From NCBI GenBank assembly GCA_024704765.1, contig JAKMXF010000347.1, positions 1 through 64,000 on the forward strand: a stretch of DNA of 64,000 bases, written 5' to 3'. Numbering within the stretch: position 1 is the stretch's first letter; every line of letters begins with the position of its first letter. Both the position numbers and the translations under genes were made by a program. The notes beneath the pieces were generated by a model. That model was not told where the DNA came from, did no database searches, and saw only the letters and a program-made list of their open reading frames with translations. The DNA is from Oopsacas minuta (taxonomy: Eukaryota > Animalia > Porifera). This document shows, one piece after another, positions 1 through 15,000 of this stretch.

Positions 1-3000
1 CCAGCTTATACAACATCAAATCACCCAAGGTGATATCCCACAGATATCATCAAACTCCTCATGGGGTAAAATCAATACGCATGAAATTCCTGTGTGTGAT
101 AACAACAAGGAAATAACATTCTTAGCAGACAGCAGCTTGGATTCACTGCAGTTAGAAGATAATATTGAGATAATACAAAATCCTTGGAATAAAGAAGAAG
201 ACGTAGTATGTATTGAAACATTCCAAACTGATAGTTCTGTTGCTATGGATAACACTGGAAATATGTTTGATTGTTTCCCCAGCGGATTTGAATCAATTTC
301 TTCACAAAATAGTACCAAACATTCGAATACAATAAATACTAATATCCATACATTACAATCTAACGAATATTCAAATTTGTTGCATAGAGATGCTTCATCA
401 TTCAAAATACATAACGAGCATACTCTACATATTGCAGAGTGTAATGATAATGATCTAGCTGAGAGTAGAGATATACATGCAGATATACCAAGAGATAATG
501 TAGTTGATAGTAGTGCTAGTAAGAAGAGAGGGACCAAAAGGTAAGTATCTATCATACGGGAATCATAAGCGTACTAGTGTGTTGTCAGCAACCCCAATTA
601 GTATACGTGTACATACATCCTACACCACCACAACCACAATAATACCAAAGAAGAAATGCTAGATACGCCTAAACGGGTAATATCGAGCATCTGTCCTTAA
701 ATCTTCCTCAAAATCGAAATGCTCCTGCATTTTAGCATTCCACACTAGTAGTAATACCCTACATCCCGCTAAATTACAATTATCCCAGTATGCACATATC
801 AAACAGAGATAGAACTGGTGAATTTCACTAAACAAGTTGGATATGTGCATGGAGGTTTCATGCACCTCCATGCACATAACCAAGACTCACAATCAGTAAG
901 TTTGTCTCAACTAAAATTGCTGTACGCGTCTACAGGATTACCAAATGGGAAAATCCCTGTACGGTTTGCAGGTATGGGCTTAAGCGTTCAAAAATAGTCA
1001 GTCAACCGGCGGGTTAATTCTAATCTAGACTCTACTGTATTGTATTTACTTCTAGAGGTGCCGAGTGGATGGTTAGTGTGGATAAGAAGGGAGCAGTACT
1101 AGCATATGAACAAGAACACAATATCATACCAGCGAGTAACACACACATCCCTACAAACCCTAACACACAAGAACTTCATGAGACAGGACATACCAGTATA
1201 AATACAGTAGATATCACTACTAGTAGCTGTAACATACTACATGAACTGAGTAGTGAAGAAAGGAAGGAGGTCATGCGTACAGCTGGTCTATCCTCTTATT
1301 GTTACTTCACACTAATATTCTCAGGTAATATTTGTCCTTGTTGTGTTAGTGTCATTGTTGTGTTAGTGTCATTGTTTCATAGAAACTAATGTTTTGTAAT
1401 AAACCTAAATACAGTGTAATCTAATTGTACAAATCCCCAGGAACAGAATCATCTCCACTAAAGTTAATACTAAATATTTTCGGTTAATCGGGACAAACTC
1501 TGGTAATCAAGTGAGAATTAGTAATTCAATCAGGACTCTAATAAGCTTGGTATATTTGCAAAATTTGGAAAAAATGTAGACTAAATTTGGGATTAATTTG
1601 ACAAGTAAAATTCTCAATATTGATTCACGGAAGGCACTAAACAATTTGTGATTTAAAAGTCTATACATTTGATCGGTTTGGCTCAACAATAGAGTAGTTA
1701 ACTTGCTTTGGGGGACTCTGTGACCGAAAAATAGAAAATGATGCTCTTTAGTATCATTATTAGAAATATCTGGTTAATCGGGACAAAATGGCTGGAACCA
1801 ATGTGTCCCGATTAACTGGAGTCTTTGCGATAACTCAGAAACGTATGAACTTTATCATGGAAATTCTTATATTTTGTTATTTGGTATTTCAACATTTTTA
1901 ACTAAGATTAATAATTAACGTTTTACATGGTTTCAAAGATGGAGCAGTTTTGAATATATTTGGAAATTACGCTAACAAACAGCGTCACTCCCATCTGAAA
2001 TTTTCACAAATGTGGCTTTTGTGAATTCTTACATATCAATAATACATTTATTCAGATGAAAAGCTACAATTTGGTCCATCTTGCCCGGATCCATATTCAC
2101 AAAACACACTTAGCTCAATTGTATTTTGATAATCGTGGCTTGAAGTGTTTGACAGTTATACATAATATTTTCTGAAATAATAGGGGTTACTATTACTATA
2201 TTTTACGTCAAAACACCTCTCTTAGCAACCACAAACTGTGAATAACATTTCTATTCCGTAATTATTTACATCTCCAAAATGGTGACTCTTAGGGACTCCA
2301 ATAGGTCCATAGTGTTGTATAGGTAGAGGCGGAAGATAGGACATGTGTCCACCTGTGACGTAATTGTCCCCACCAATAGCTGTTGACTACAACTATACTC
2401 TGTAAATACCTGCATATAATTACATGTTCAGCCAAAACTAATGTATTTAGACGGGAGCTCCCAACTGAGAGAAATATCTAGAACAAAGAACAGCAGTGAA
2501 GAGATAGAGGGAGTTATGATAGCTCTACAAACAGGAGAGAGTACTGATAACTTTAAATATGTATTCTTAAGCTTTGGAGAATCAGACAATGAGTACAGAG
2601 TGTTCTGTAGAGGATTGTTACACAAGTTATTCTCATCTGAATTAATGTGTTGTGTGTGTTTTGATGCTCAAGAGCTGTTGATTAGTATAATAGGACATTT
2701 ATGTATATCTCATAAGGATGTGTATTCAGGATGGAGTGTTAAGGATGTCAAGGTGAGTATAGGCATTTATTGCATTCAATAGTTAATACAGTAGATGCCG
2801 GATATAAGCATATATTACTAGAAAACGGTTGTCATACACTTCAATATACTTCATACAGATTATAATAACACTCTTAGAGTAATAGTCTAATTTGTTATCA
2901 TTACAGGTATGTGTGTATAATTGGTACAAATTATAGAGTAATATGAGAACAGTTTTCTACAATATTGTTCCTACATCCAACCTATACACTCCCTGGCCAA

Positions 3001-6000
3001 TAGTACTAGAACACCTGCCACAATTGACACATGGCACAAATATGTAGTTTACTTTAGTTGCATAGGGTGAAGATAATTTCAAACATCTGTGAACTTACTT
3101 CAATCATTACTTTTATCATTACAATCACCTTTTTCTGATATATTTTCAGACTATTCAATACATATATTCTCGCAATGTGCCATATGCCACATGTGTCATC
3201 AATGGTATGGCGTTCCAATACTTTTGGCCAGGGAGTGTCTAAATGAAGTGTTTTCATAATCGACACACACACTTTACTACATACCGGATATAAGAATATT
3301 ATGTCCAGTTCTCGACGATGTTCTTATAACCGGCATCCGGTATCTGTATAATGGTGATGTTAATTCAATACAGTAGAATCTCCTGATAACCTCCATTCCC
3401 CGGTTTATACTTTCAAATGCACATGTCCTTAAACAGATATTTTGTGTCTATATGTATAGCACTTCCTCCAATGACTGTTTTTCCAATCATATTTATTATA
3501 AGAATATGCCATAAGGTTGTTGGTTGATTATAAAAATTGGTAAGAAACTTTCTTCTGAGAAACCCAAAATTTTCAATTCATCTAGTGATAATAAGTGTTG
3601 TTTCTTCCAAATTTATCGCAAAAATTGATTACGTATTCAAGAAATTTTCGTAGAATTCTCCACTTCTAGAGGTTACTCTCTCTCTCTATTTTCTATCTCT
3701 AACGCAGTTGCCATATGTATTTCTCCATATACAATATAAGAGATGTAAGATACTCTAGAATTTAGACGAATACAGTCGAGCACTTTTCGTACGTACTCGG
3801 CTTAAGACACGTGTACTATTTTAACAACTCACTTAATAACAATATTTGCATATTAGCAACCTATTTTCAGATCACAATTATAAGATTTCTATTGATTCAG
3901 TTCCCCTATTAGCAACTGAAATTCGTGAAAATACGAGCTGCTAATAAACAAACTCCACTTTACCTAAATGAACTTATCGCATAATATTTCGATCATACGA
4001 AGTATATTTCAATTGCCCTGAAGCTACAAAGGTTGGTCAGATTGATAGGAATAGGCCCAATTACAATCATAATCATTACTAGTGATTTACTTTTGTAATT
4101 GTAGTGAATATATTACTGTATTCGTATTATTATACTGCAATTGAGGGTATAAGCCTTCACACGAATTGTAATTGTATTAACCTAGCAGTTGAGCTGTAAT
4201 CATAATCATAATCATATAACAAATTGTAGTAATCATCATCATCATCACCTGAATGTAATCGACCCCAACCCTGCCGGTTGACTAATGATCACATAATTGA
4301 GTGTGAAATATTGTACTATAAATGATAAAGCTAGTTTCCTGTAGGTAGCTGGGTGGTTGTTGGACTCAGATCATCCACCACAATCATTCCTACAACTAAA
4401 AGAAAGATCAGTTAGCACTGAACACATAACTACACACACATCATCACGAGCTAATGCATACACACGAGCTATCACAGATATATACGAGCTAGTCAATGTA
4501 TACAGTAACATAAGAAGTGCATTAGTTAAAGAGGATATGTTTGATTTATTTTATGAATTGGAGAGTAGAGTTGTTCCTATTTTGTCTGTAATGGAGGGAG
4601 AAGGATTAGGAGTAGACATAGATATTCTCACAGGAATGAGAGATAGCCTCAGTAAACAGATTGACTGTATTGAAAGGGAAGCTCATAGCATTGCACAGAG
4701 ACCTTTCCAGCTGACTAGTCCAGCACAGGTTAGTTGGATTATTATTATGCATTACTATATGATAAACAGCTGACTCCGTTAATTAAGAGAATTTTGTTCC
4801 AAGCAAAAGCAGAGTTACAGATCAACCGAAAATGTGTTGTATTACCGTTACAAGGCACTACTTTGGCCCCTGGCGGTTATATTTAGCCCAAATATTGAAT
4901 TTTCTTACTGTGTCTACTAATACTATTACATAATATAGTGGCTCAGTTCTAAAGCAGACTATTGTAATTAAAGTGTGTCTCTCATAGCTACTTTATATAC
5001 GCGCCATTTCCAGTGGCGGATTTACCATAGGGCTGCTCTGGCTAAAGCGGCGATAATCATTTGTATTGAAAGAATGTAACTACAGTGAGTGTCTCTTTCA
5101 GTGAGGGTCTCCTGGGCCAAAAATTTGTTCACAATATTAACACTTCATTAATAAGCGAAATATGATTGGTCAATACTCGACTGTATAGGCGCTAAACAAT
5201 TGCGATGATGAAAGGAATCTGATTGGTAGACGTAGGCCAATTAGATTCCTCCGTAAAATACATTGATTTGCATGGGCGAGGTGTGAAAAACTCACATATC
5301 TTTTGATACACTAATCTGATCTCTTAAAAATTTCTTATCCAGGGTGCCAGAGTAACTCAGAGGTGACATACAAATTTTGGTCAAGATTGGTCAGTAATCT
5401 CAGAGGAGATATAGCGACACACACTACTCTCTATATATTTATATAATGGAAAAACACTCAAATTGACTGGCTAAACTTTAATCACCAAATGGTGTAAAAT
5501 ATTCACTTTATAAAAGTTTAACACCCTCTTGTGAATTTTGGATCAAGGATGCGGTCGGAGATGAAGGTATTATACGAGTAGATTCAATATTGCACCATTA
5601 TAACTTTGCTAAAAATTCAAGGAAAAATTTGATGACTAATACACCTTTCATTTCAAAGTAAACATATGAAATGAAAGATGCATTATTTACCATAATATAT
5701 GTCATCAAATTAAACCTTCAAATCTGATTGTTCAATGTATTTTGTCACCTTTCTTGGTGAAGGTTTGGAAATATCGCTTCAAAAACCAATACATCGTTAT
5801 CGCAGGGCAATATTACCCTTGTGAAGAAATTTTCAGCTTTAAACACCATATATTTTTTCCGATTTATCTGGACATATACACGTACATACAACAATCTAGT
5901 TATTACCTATAGTTTAAATATTTTGAGCTATTTTAGATTATAAAAGTATTCAACCACTTACCGTATTGAATACCAAAATCTAATTACTCTGATGTATACA

Positions 6001-9000
6001 ATAACTATTAGTTGTATAGCAGAGGATAAGCGTAAACAAGATTCATTAATATCTTAGTTACATGGACGAATATAAATGTAACAAATTATTTGCAATTATG
6101 AAATGGTCGAATACTTTTGTCCTTTAACTGTATGTTGAAAACTTTATTAGAACTTGAGGAGATTTGCCCTTCTGATATAATCTCCTTCTCCCTCTGATTT
6201 GGGTATGAATCCGCCTCTGATCGATCCACTAAATGATTTTACGGGATTGTTCCCAGCGTTAAAATATTCTTTTGTAATTTCTTCACATTTTCTTACAGTT
6301 CCATAATGTCATTGTCTGTTTTTGTGAGAATTTTAGTATAATTGCAAAACATATGTAAAGATGTAAATTATTGTATTTAAGTAAAGTCTCAGATGTTTAG
6401 GCGACAAAATATCTATTTGTCCTGCAAATTATCGAGGGTGTACTGTACTCCCATAGCACAATGGTACAAGAAATCATAAACATTCTGTGCTCATAATAGT
6501 TTAATTCGTAATCATCTCACAATTGCTTCACCTCCAGTCCACACTTTTCGACTTCTAGCTCCCCATATATCAAATCCATGTCTCGAGGTAATAAGCAACT
6601 CACACACACATACACATATTATGCCCATTGTATTGACATGACAATTCAACTCAACATCACTATTGTATTATACGTACTAGCACGAGATTATGTTATTTGT
6701 ATTCTGAATCTCATTGTCCATCAAATTTAACCTCTTAACTTCATGGGGTATAAATATACAATAATTAAAATAAATGTATTTATGATGGCAGATGTTAGCG
6801 TAGAATCACAACCATTAATCCCTGCTAGGAGAATACATTACTCGAAATTACGGAGCTATTTGATCCAATTTGTATCAATCAATGCACTCTGTTTGGGCTA
6901 CATATTATACGGTTGGGTAATCAGCTTCACATCACCTACAGAATCAGAGCTAATGAGTATAGGACTATTCAACACTCTATCATTCTCTCTCTTCTCCTCA
7001 CTATCCTTATTCGGGTTCTCTTCCTTCATTACTAGTCTATTCGCAAAGCAGTGGAGTTGTAAATTCATCTTAATGATAACTACACTCTGCGGTGGACTAG
7101 GATGGATACTAATTATAATATCTAATGATATATACTCTATGATACTAGGAAGGGTATTAACAGGGGTACATATAGGGGCATGCATGGGTCTATCAATGAG
7201 TTACATGGTTGAAGTATGTAATGAGAAGCAGCAGAGGTTCTATGGAGCTCTCATCCTACTGCCGTCTGCTGTAGCTCTTGTGTTCCTTTATTTATTAGCA
7301 AACTATTTCTCTTACAGATGGTTAGGGGTGTTCGGACTTATTGGTATTGTCCTCCAGGCTGTGCTACTCATGTTTAGCCCCCAGAGTCCCACATGGCTCT
7401 TGTACATGGGGTTCAATTTGAGCGCTAAAGAAACGATGATTTGGATACATGGGGAGGATTTTGATGTAGAGGGTGAAGTAAAGAGAATAGAGCAACAAAT
7501 AAGTAAAAGTAATGAACAGAATAGTTATCTTTCTTTATCAGGTTTTTGTCGTTGGAAAACAATTCGTCCTATTTTAATAGCTTGTAGCCTCCAAGGTTTC
7601 AAAGGGTTCAGCGGACAACCTGTGTACTATTCATACGCAGCTTCTCTGTTCTCACGAACCTCTTTCAACCCCGACATATCAGCTCTTCCCTACCCAATCC
7701 TCCTGTCTGTAGGTACATTAATATCAGTCCTACTAGCTAGTCATGTTAGTAGAAAGAAAATACTATTAGTCACAACGTTCATGCAGGCCATCGCTAACTT
7801 CACTTTCTTCCTATACTTCATGTTGAGTACTCATATAACTGTGTGTACTGGATCCGGCAGTATACCATGTGTATTGTTATCTATTTGGCCGATATTGAGT
7901 CTCTGTCTGTACAGTCTATTCTACACGATAGGATGGGGGACTATAGCCTGGACGGTGTATGCGGATATATTCGATCCGAACTATAAGGAAGTATCAGCTG
8001 GTATAGTAACGTTATTCTATGCATTAGTTATGACGTGTATTGTATTCATATTTCCAAACTTCATAGCTAGTTTTGGAGAATGGCCTTTCTTCTTATTGCT
8101 GACTCTAGAGTGTGTAGCTGGATTATGTTTTGAATATTTCATATTCAAATAGTATTACATACAAAACTCGTTTGTAATAGTTTAGATAATTATATGTGTG
8201 TTGTTTATTAGTTGATATTTCACATTCATATACTATACAGCAAGGGTGGCGCGAACGGTAAGGCTAGTTAGGTCATGTTATAACTGACAGATATTTAATA
8301 ACTGCCTCTGCTCTTCTTACTCGGTACCAAATTGATTCTGGAAGACGTTCTGCAAAGGGTGAACCAGATATTGATACCACGACTGGTCCAGTGTAATAGC
8401 CGAGATTATACCCATCCTCAAATATACTCTGGTATAACCTGAGCTAGCCTAGAAAATACCCGGGTATATTCTGGGGCAACTACAATTAAGGTAAGGACGT
8501 ACCAGTTAAAGTCGGCCATAACTGGTCCAGGACCAGTTTAAGCGTGACAACTGCCAATGAGAAGTGACTATTCTCTCACTCATTAAATATACTTAGTACA
8601 ATATTATTCTACTATTAACCCACAGTAATTGTGAAAAGTATCTGATATTTAATTAAAACCCATGGTTATTAATTACAACCGTATATATACGTATAGTTAC
8701 CAACCTAGATATTTAAACCAGTTGTGACCTGGTCAAGTGGTCTGGAAACCTTCTGCCCAGGTTTGACCTGGGTAGATTGCATTAATGGCACGGCGCTGAC
8801 ATATATCATAGGATAGGACATATAAAATTAGTTCTGGTGGAGTGTTTGTAATTTAATTAGCACTAATGTATTCGTATTGGTGTAGACTGTAATTCTATTA
8901 GTCAATATTTTCTATATAATGTATATACACTGATTAATCATATCTTCACACAAGGGGAACCTTCTAAATTATCATAAAGATTAACTTCCACTTGTTAATA

Positions 9001-12000
9001 GGGGTAAACTAGGACATAGAATTCGATTTTAACATTTTTCAATGTATAACAAGATTAGTATAATTCAATTTTATTTATTGAATTCTATCTATTTAATTGA
9101 TAAACACGATAAATACAGTTATGCGACAATTTCAAAATTGCATACCGTAAATCCTTTCCTTGACAACGGACAAACATACAAACAACAATTAAGATTTAAT
9201 AATACAGGTAAAAACTCCCAATATAATACAGTACAATTATTCTCTCAGTATTCTAGTCTTATATACAGAAAATCTAAAACAAACAATGAGATCTCTCTCC
9301 ATTAGGTTTTTAAACGGTATGTACCATTACTGTTTCTTTCCCAATTCTGACCCTTGAGCGGATAAGGTGCTATTATTCCATTTATAGCCGAGGCCAGCTG
9401 TAGCATGTTTTTCTTGACTGTACTCACAGAATCTGTATTCCTGTATATCTTCATATAATCATAGGTTTTCTGAAGATAGCCCCATCTAATCCTTCCTATT
9501 ACTACATATGCAGTTGTCTCGAATCCATCCCCTGGATCATCTGACCTATCTTGTGGACCAATAAACAAGTTGCCAGGTAGCCACGCTAAGAATTGCATGA
9601 AGTCTTCATAACCCTCCGGATATTGGGCTGTTGCATCATGTACAATCGTCCCCGCCTGAATTCCTTTAACTAGAGGTATTACGTTAGGATCTGTATCCAC
9701 ATCAGCTTGTGGGTACAGTTTTATATATTGTGTCCATACAGTACTCATTCCATTGCTTGTATGGTTACTATTCATTATTACTGAATTCCAGAATGTTCTA
9801 ATTGTACTCCAAGGATCGACATGGTGTCGAGCTGTATTTATATAATCATTACCCCCGCAAGGTGTCATCTGGGTTAAATTCTTATTATAACAAGGTAGTG
9901 TTGTTCTGTAAGGCGAATCAGGGCGACCATTGGATGGGTAATCTAGACGTACTCTCTGAGGGGCGTAAGTGGTATCTACCTGACATAAGGATAGGATGAG
10001 GAGACAAGAGGTGAGAAGGAGGTTCATTACTGTACACCTACAGTACAGATCAATAAAGTATTGTAATAAGAATACCGGTATAGGAGCACTTTCCTGGAGT
10101 ATTACCCTCTAACAAAGCTACAAATAGGCCTTTGTATGGTTAAATGGGTAAATGAGTCATGAGTCATGCTTTATGGATAATAACCCGCCAATTATTACAT
10201 GCACATACACTGGCAGGGCATTTTGAGTTGATAATGAGTTGAAACCTGAATGAGGCAACACAAATCAAGAATAAAGGTGTGGAAGTAGGAATATTATTTG
10301 CTCCAAGGATTATGAAATACAAAGGATATGATAGGAACAGCACCGTTACAATACAAAATAATGTGTTCTGACTAGTGAAATGCTTTGAAACAATTTTACG
10401 AGATCCCAGCTTTAGAGTGGATATTATTGGAAAGTTGTATAAACGATGAGAAAGCTGCCAACATGTGTAATATAGTATTCTGGTAGTAGAATTTGTTGCA
10501 TAAACTATCGGTAATGTTCGGATTGACGAGGGCCTACTGCAGGGGTTATTATTGTGCTTAGCATGTCATTACAGCAGCCATGATGATGGAAAAAAAGTGC
10601 TGAACATATGACTCAAATTAGTAGAGGGTCAATATCTGTATTATTGAATCTTAATTGTTGTTTGTGTATTTGTCTGTTGTCAAGGAAAGGATTTACGGTA
10701 TGCACTTTTGAAATTGTCGCATAACTTTATTAAGGAAGTAAATAGAATTCAATAAACTTCGCTAAATATATCGAACATGCTGAATCCGATTTTCACACTT
10801 TTGGATTAATTATATGTAAATTTATTGTTGTTTTTATGAATATAAAGTAAACAAATTATCCAAATCTCAAAATATACGTAGATAGTTGCTCTCAACGGCT
10901 ACAGAGGGGGTTAATCTTACAAAATATTTCAAAAATATATTCCATATACGTATATTTGTGATTTAAATTGTTCTAAATATATCTATATTATAATACTCAA
11001 AGGGGCCGTCAATTTGGAGAATAATAACACCTGGAGGCACAATGCGTCGAGTTCATCGCGAAGCGACGAGCCAAAGGCTCATATTTGTATATTTTTCCTT
11101 CAGCCGTGCCAGCAATAAATCAGTGAAAATGTGTTAAATTCATATCTACAGTTTAAGTTTAGTTATCCTGTGTGTTAATTGAGTAGAATACAATCAATGA
11201 AATATATTTATAAGCAGAAGTGTTAATTGAGATAATCATGTAAGCGATACTATTAAATACGTGAATGCCTCTTAGCATATCACATCAGCAACTGGGAGGA
11301 GTAAGATTGCGTACTCTCGTGAGCTGATATTACAATTAGAGAGCTCTTAGTTACATATTATGCAACGTATATGTAATATCAGGGATGTGAAGAACTTAGT
11401 ACTCTGTAATTGTCATCAAAGGATTGTGTACATAGAGACCTCCTCTCTTATCTGAACTGAATTGTTATTAGTAATATTTCAATTCAGATTAGAGAGGATA
11501 CAGTATTTGTGTATTACAACAGCGTTTATTAAATGCATATTTCGTATATTAGTATTTGAGAATGCAATCTGGAATAAATCAATCGATTACGGCTGAAGGT
11601 ATAAAATAAGAAAAATTATAAATTTACTAATCTTGTTAGACAATTATAAATGTTAAAATCTAATTCTCCGCTCCTGTTTACCCATTTTTAACAAGTGGAA
11701 GCTAATGTTTATGATAATTATCAAATGTTCACCAAAAAGTGTGAAAATATGATTAATCATATGATAAATCAGTGTATATACATTATCCTGAATAATAGAA
11801 TTACAGTCTCCATCAATACAAATACATTACAGAGCTAATTAAATTACAAACATTCCATCAGAACTAATTTATGAATTTATGTATAATTGTAAAACCTACA
11901 ATCTGATTGGGCTAAAATACAGAGGTGTGAAAAGGTGTGAAAATATACACATTAGAAATATTTCAAAATGTCAGACGCACAACTAGATGTCACTACGAGT

Positions 12001-15000
12001 ATCATGCCAAATTCGCTGTCTTAATCTCTAAAAGGTGTGAATAGCAGAGCAAAAACACATAAATATATATGCACTAATTAGTTTAACTTTACCGGGGAAA
12101 TCAGCTGGATTAACACTAACATTTTTGACCGATAAAAGGTGTTCATCTTTCTGAGGTTTTACTGTGGTTTGAAAATTCATTACCCCATAGACCCCAACCT
12201 CAGAGAAATTAAATGCTGGTCACCTTCTCACCTCTTACAATTGGACAGTTTTACAAAGTGAAATATAACTTTTTACTTCTATCCTTGATAATCAGCAGCA
12301 AATACAATACAATGTTCAAGCATCATCTAGAGATATGAAATATTTTATCTTACCAGCTGTAGAGGCTATCATATTTAGACACTGCCTTTGGCTATTAAAG
12401 CAGAAGTGATTTGAATAATAAATACAGTAAACTCCAGTTATAACGAAGTGAAAACGGGACTTCATTCTAACTAGAGTTGCCTGTATTGAGCTGTGATATC
12501 ATATTGTAAATATATTCATAAAACGAGGAGCAGAACGAGCGATTAAACTATTACGTATAGAACTTTTAGAATTTATAACCTCGTTAATACGTACACAAAA
12601 GGACCGTCGAGATTTGTATTCCTTGCCGGAGTATAACAATTGAATATCCATTGTAAGGACAAAATTGTGTAAAATTCCGTTCATCTTAACCGGAAATTCG
12701 TAATAAATGTGTTCGTATTAACGAGGTTTCACTGTATCTTAAAAATATACTGACACAGCCTCCGGTTATGGATATGATAGAATCTAGATGTCTAGATTTG
12801 CTGGGTTAATTGGCTGTTCCGCTGGTTTGGTCAACCAAATGCTGACCAAACCAGATTTTGGCTGGTCACATGAGATGTAGTGTTATGCTACCTATAGCGA
12901 GTTAAATTCAGTCAACTAATAAAGCTAAAATCAAATGTTAATTTAATATCCATGGTGTATCTATACAAGCAAATCAAAACTAACTCAATAGCTAACCTTG
13001 AAGGTGTGTTATGACTAAAATGGTCTCCTATATACTTATTACATTTTTAACCATGGATGGTGGATTGGGTTCATTTATGTTTGATAGAAATTCACCTCTA
13101 ACTCATAGGAAATACCCAAACCAACTAAGAGTGTCACAAAATACCTTTTGAATAACATCCAAGCAGATATCCGAACGCACACATCCATGGTTGAATGTTT
13201 GATAATGATATAGGGAAACCATTTTTGTCATAACAGGTGAGAAACAGCAAACAATGGTTTGAGCATAGTAATAACAAGAGGACAATAATAATAATAATAA
13301 TATAAAAACATAACAACATAGACGTCGCATTGGAATTTCCAAGAATGTCCACACAAAATAAACAATTCATTATAATAGTAAAAGCATTGAGTTATGAAAC
13401 ACAAAAATAACTCAAATAAATTCTCAAATATTTTTAGCTCTCAAGTCATGTGATATACTCTTTAACGTAGAGTGTATCTCAGAGAATCGCGGTCTGGTTT
13501 GCGGATTATATTCCCAGCACTGCAACATCATAGCGTATATAGGTTGAGGTGTACCTGATGGTGCCGGCAGTCTGTAGCCTGTCTCTAACTTCTCAATAGC
13601 TGTCTTAGAATCCATACCTGGATAGGGGGTAGATCCACTTGAGAAGGTCTCCCATAGCAGGATCCCGTATGACCATACGTCACTCTGACATGTGTACAAC
13701 CCCTTGTGAAGGGCTTCAGGAGCTGTCCATTTTATAGGTAGGGGTTTGTTAACAGTACTCATTTGGTACTCCCCCTCGCTTAGCTGTCTACTCATACCGA
13801 AATCTGAGATCTTAACACACTTCCCTTCTCCTATCAGACAATTCCTTGCTGCTAGGTCTCTATGTACACAATCCTTTGATGAAAGATAGTCCATACCTCC
13901 TGCTACATCAAGGATCATGTTAGATAGAATATACTTCTTCTCACGAATACTCTTATTCCTAAGGAATGTTAAGAAATCTCCCCCAGACATTAACTCCATT
14001 ATGATATATATACTTTCTGCCTGCTGGCTTACTCCTATAAATTCTACTATGTTATGATGTCTGTACTGTTTTAGGATTTCTGCCTCTCGCAGGAATTCAT
14101 CCTGGTCTGTGAGTGCATCAGATTTACACATTTTGATAGCTACATGTGATCCTCTAGACCTCATGTAACCCTTGTAAACATATCCGAAATTACCTTTACC
14201 AATTCTATCCATTATGTCTAGATCCTTCTCTGTTATCTCCCACTTATCACCTTCCCTAGTGATAGCTCTGATCAAATAGAATTCACCTATTAATGGTTGT
14301 TTCTCTGCTTGCTGGTGCTCCAGTAGACAGCGTATAGAGAGGAATCCTTGTTTATTAAACATATAAAGTCCATTCTCTTTCTTAACAACAAAGTGTTTGG
14401 TAGCTCCCTTGAACTTCGTAGATATTACAAACCCTTTCTGACCAGAACTATATCTTACCAGATAGTCCCCGTCATATAAGAGGAGCTTCTCTGCTTCATC
14501 GCGGGATATCTCTCCGAAATACCAGGCCTCCAATTCTATCGGTATGTCAGCTGTCCCTCTCCCAGGGTTCATTGGTTCAGGAGGTGTGGTTGGACGGTGT
14601 ACAAGTGGGGGTTTGTCACGCGGAGACTCAGTAAAACTTCCTCCTCTCTTGATAGGGTTCTTACTCACGTCAATACTAGCGGTAGATCCCATGGTTCTGC
14701 CGTGTTGTGCTCGCTGGGGGAATGCTCTGTCTAGGATAGTATTATCATCTAGATCTACACCATCAGTAGCACCCAAGACTCCTTCTACCAGTTTAAGCTG
14801 TATCAGACAAATATCCTGCTTATAACTCTCCATCTGCATTTCTAGCATAATACTAGCGAAGTTCCTACACAGCTCGTTAATATCGAATGGGTATGCAGAT
14901 ATAGGCTTGTGTCCTCCTTGTGTGGATGTGATAGCCTTGTCCATGTAGGTTAGTTCTGTGTGCTTGCTCTGCTTGTTACGCTGGTGCTCTTCGTTAGCTA

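Noticed and set aside
16-555. 179-aa minus-strand ORF
   Set aside because: Antisense shadow of the POLN exon.
9042-9305. 87-aa plus-strand ORF
   Set aside because: Reads through a Helitron-like repeat and has no protein features.
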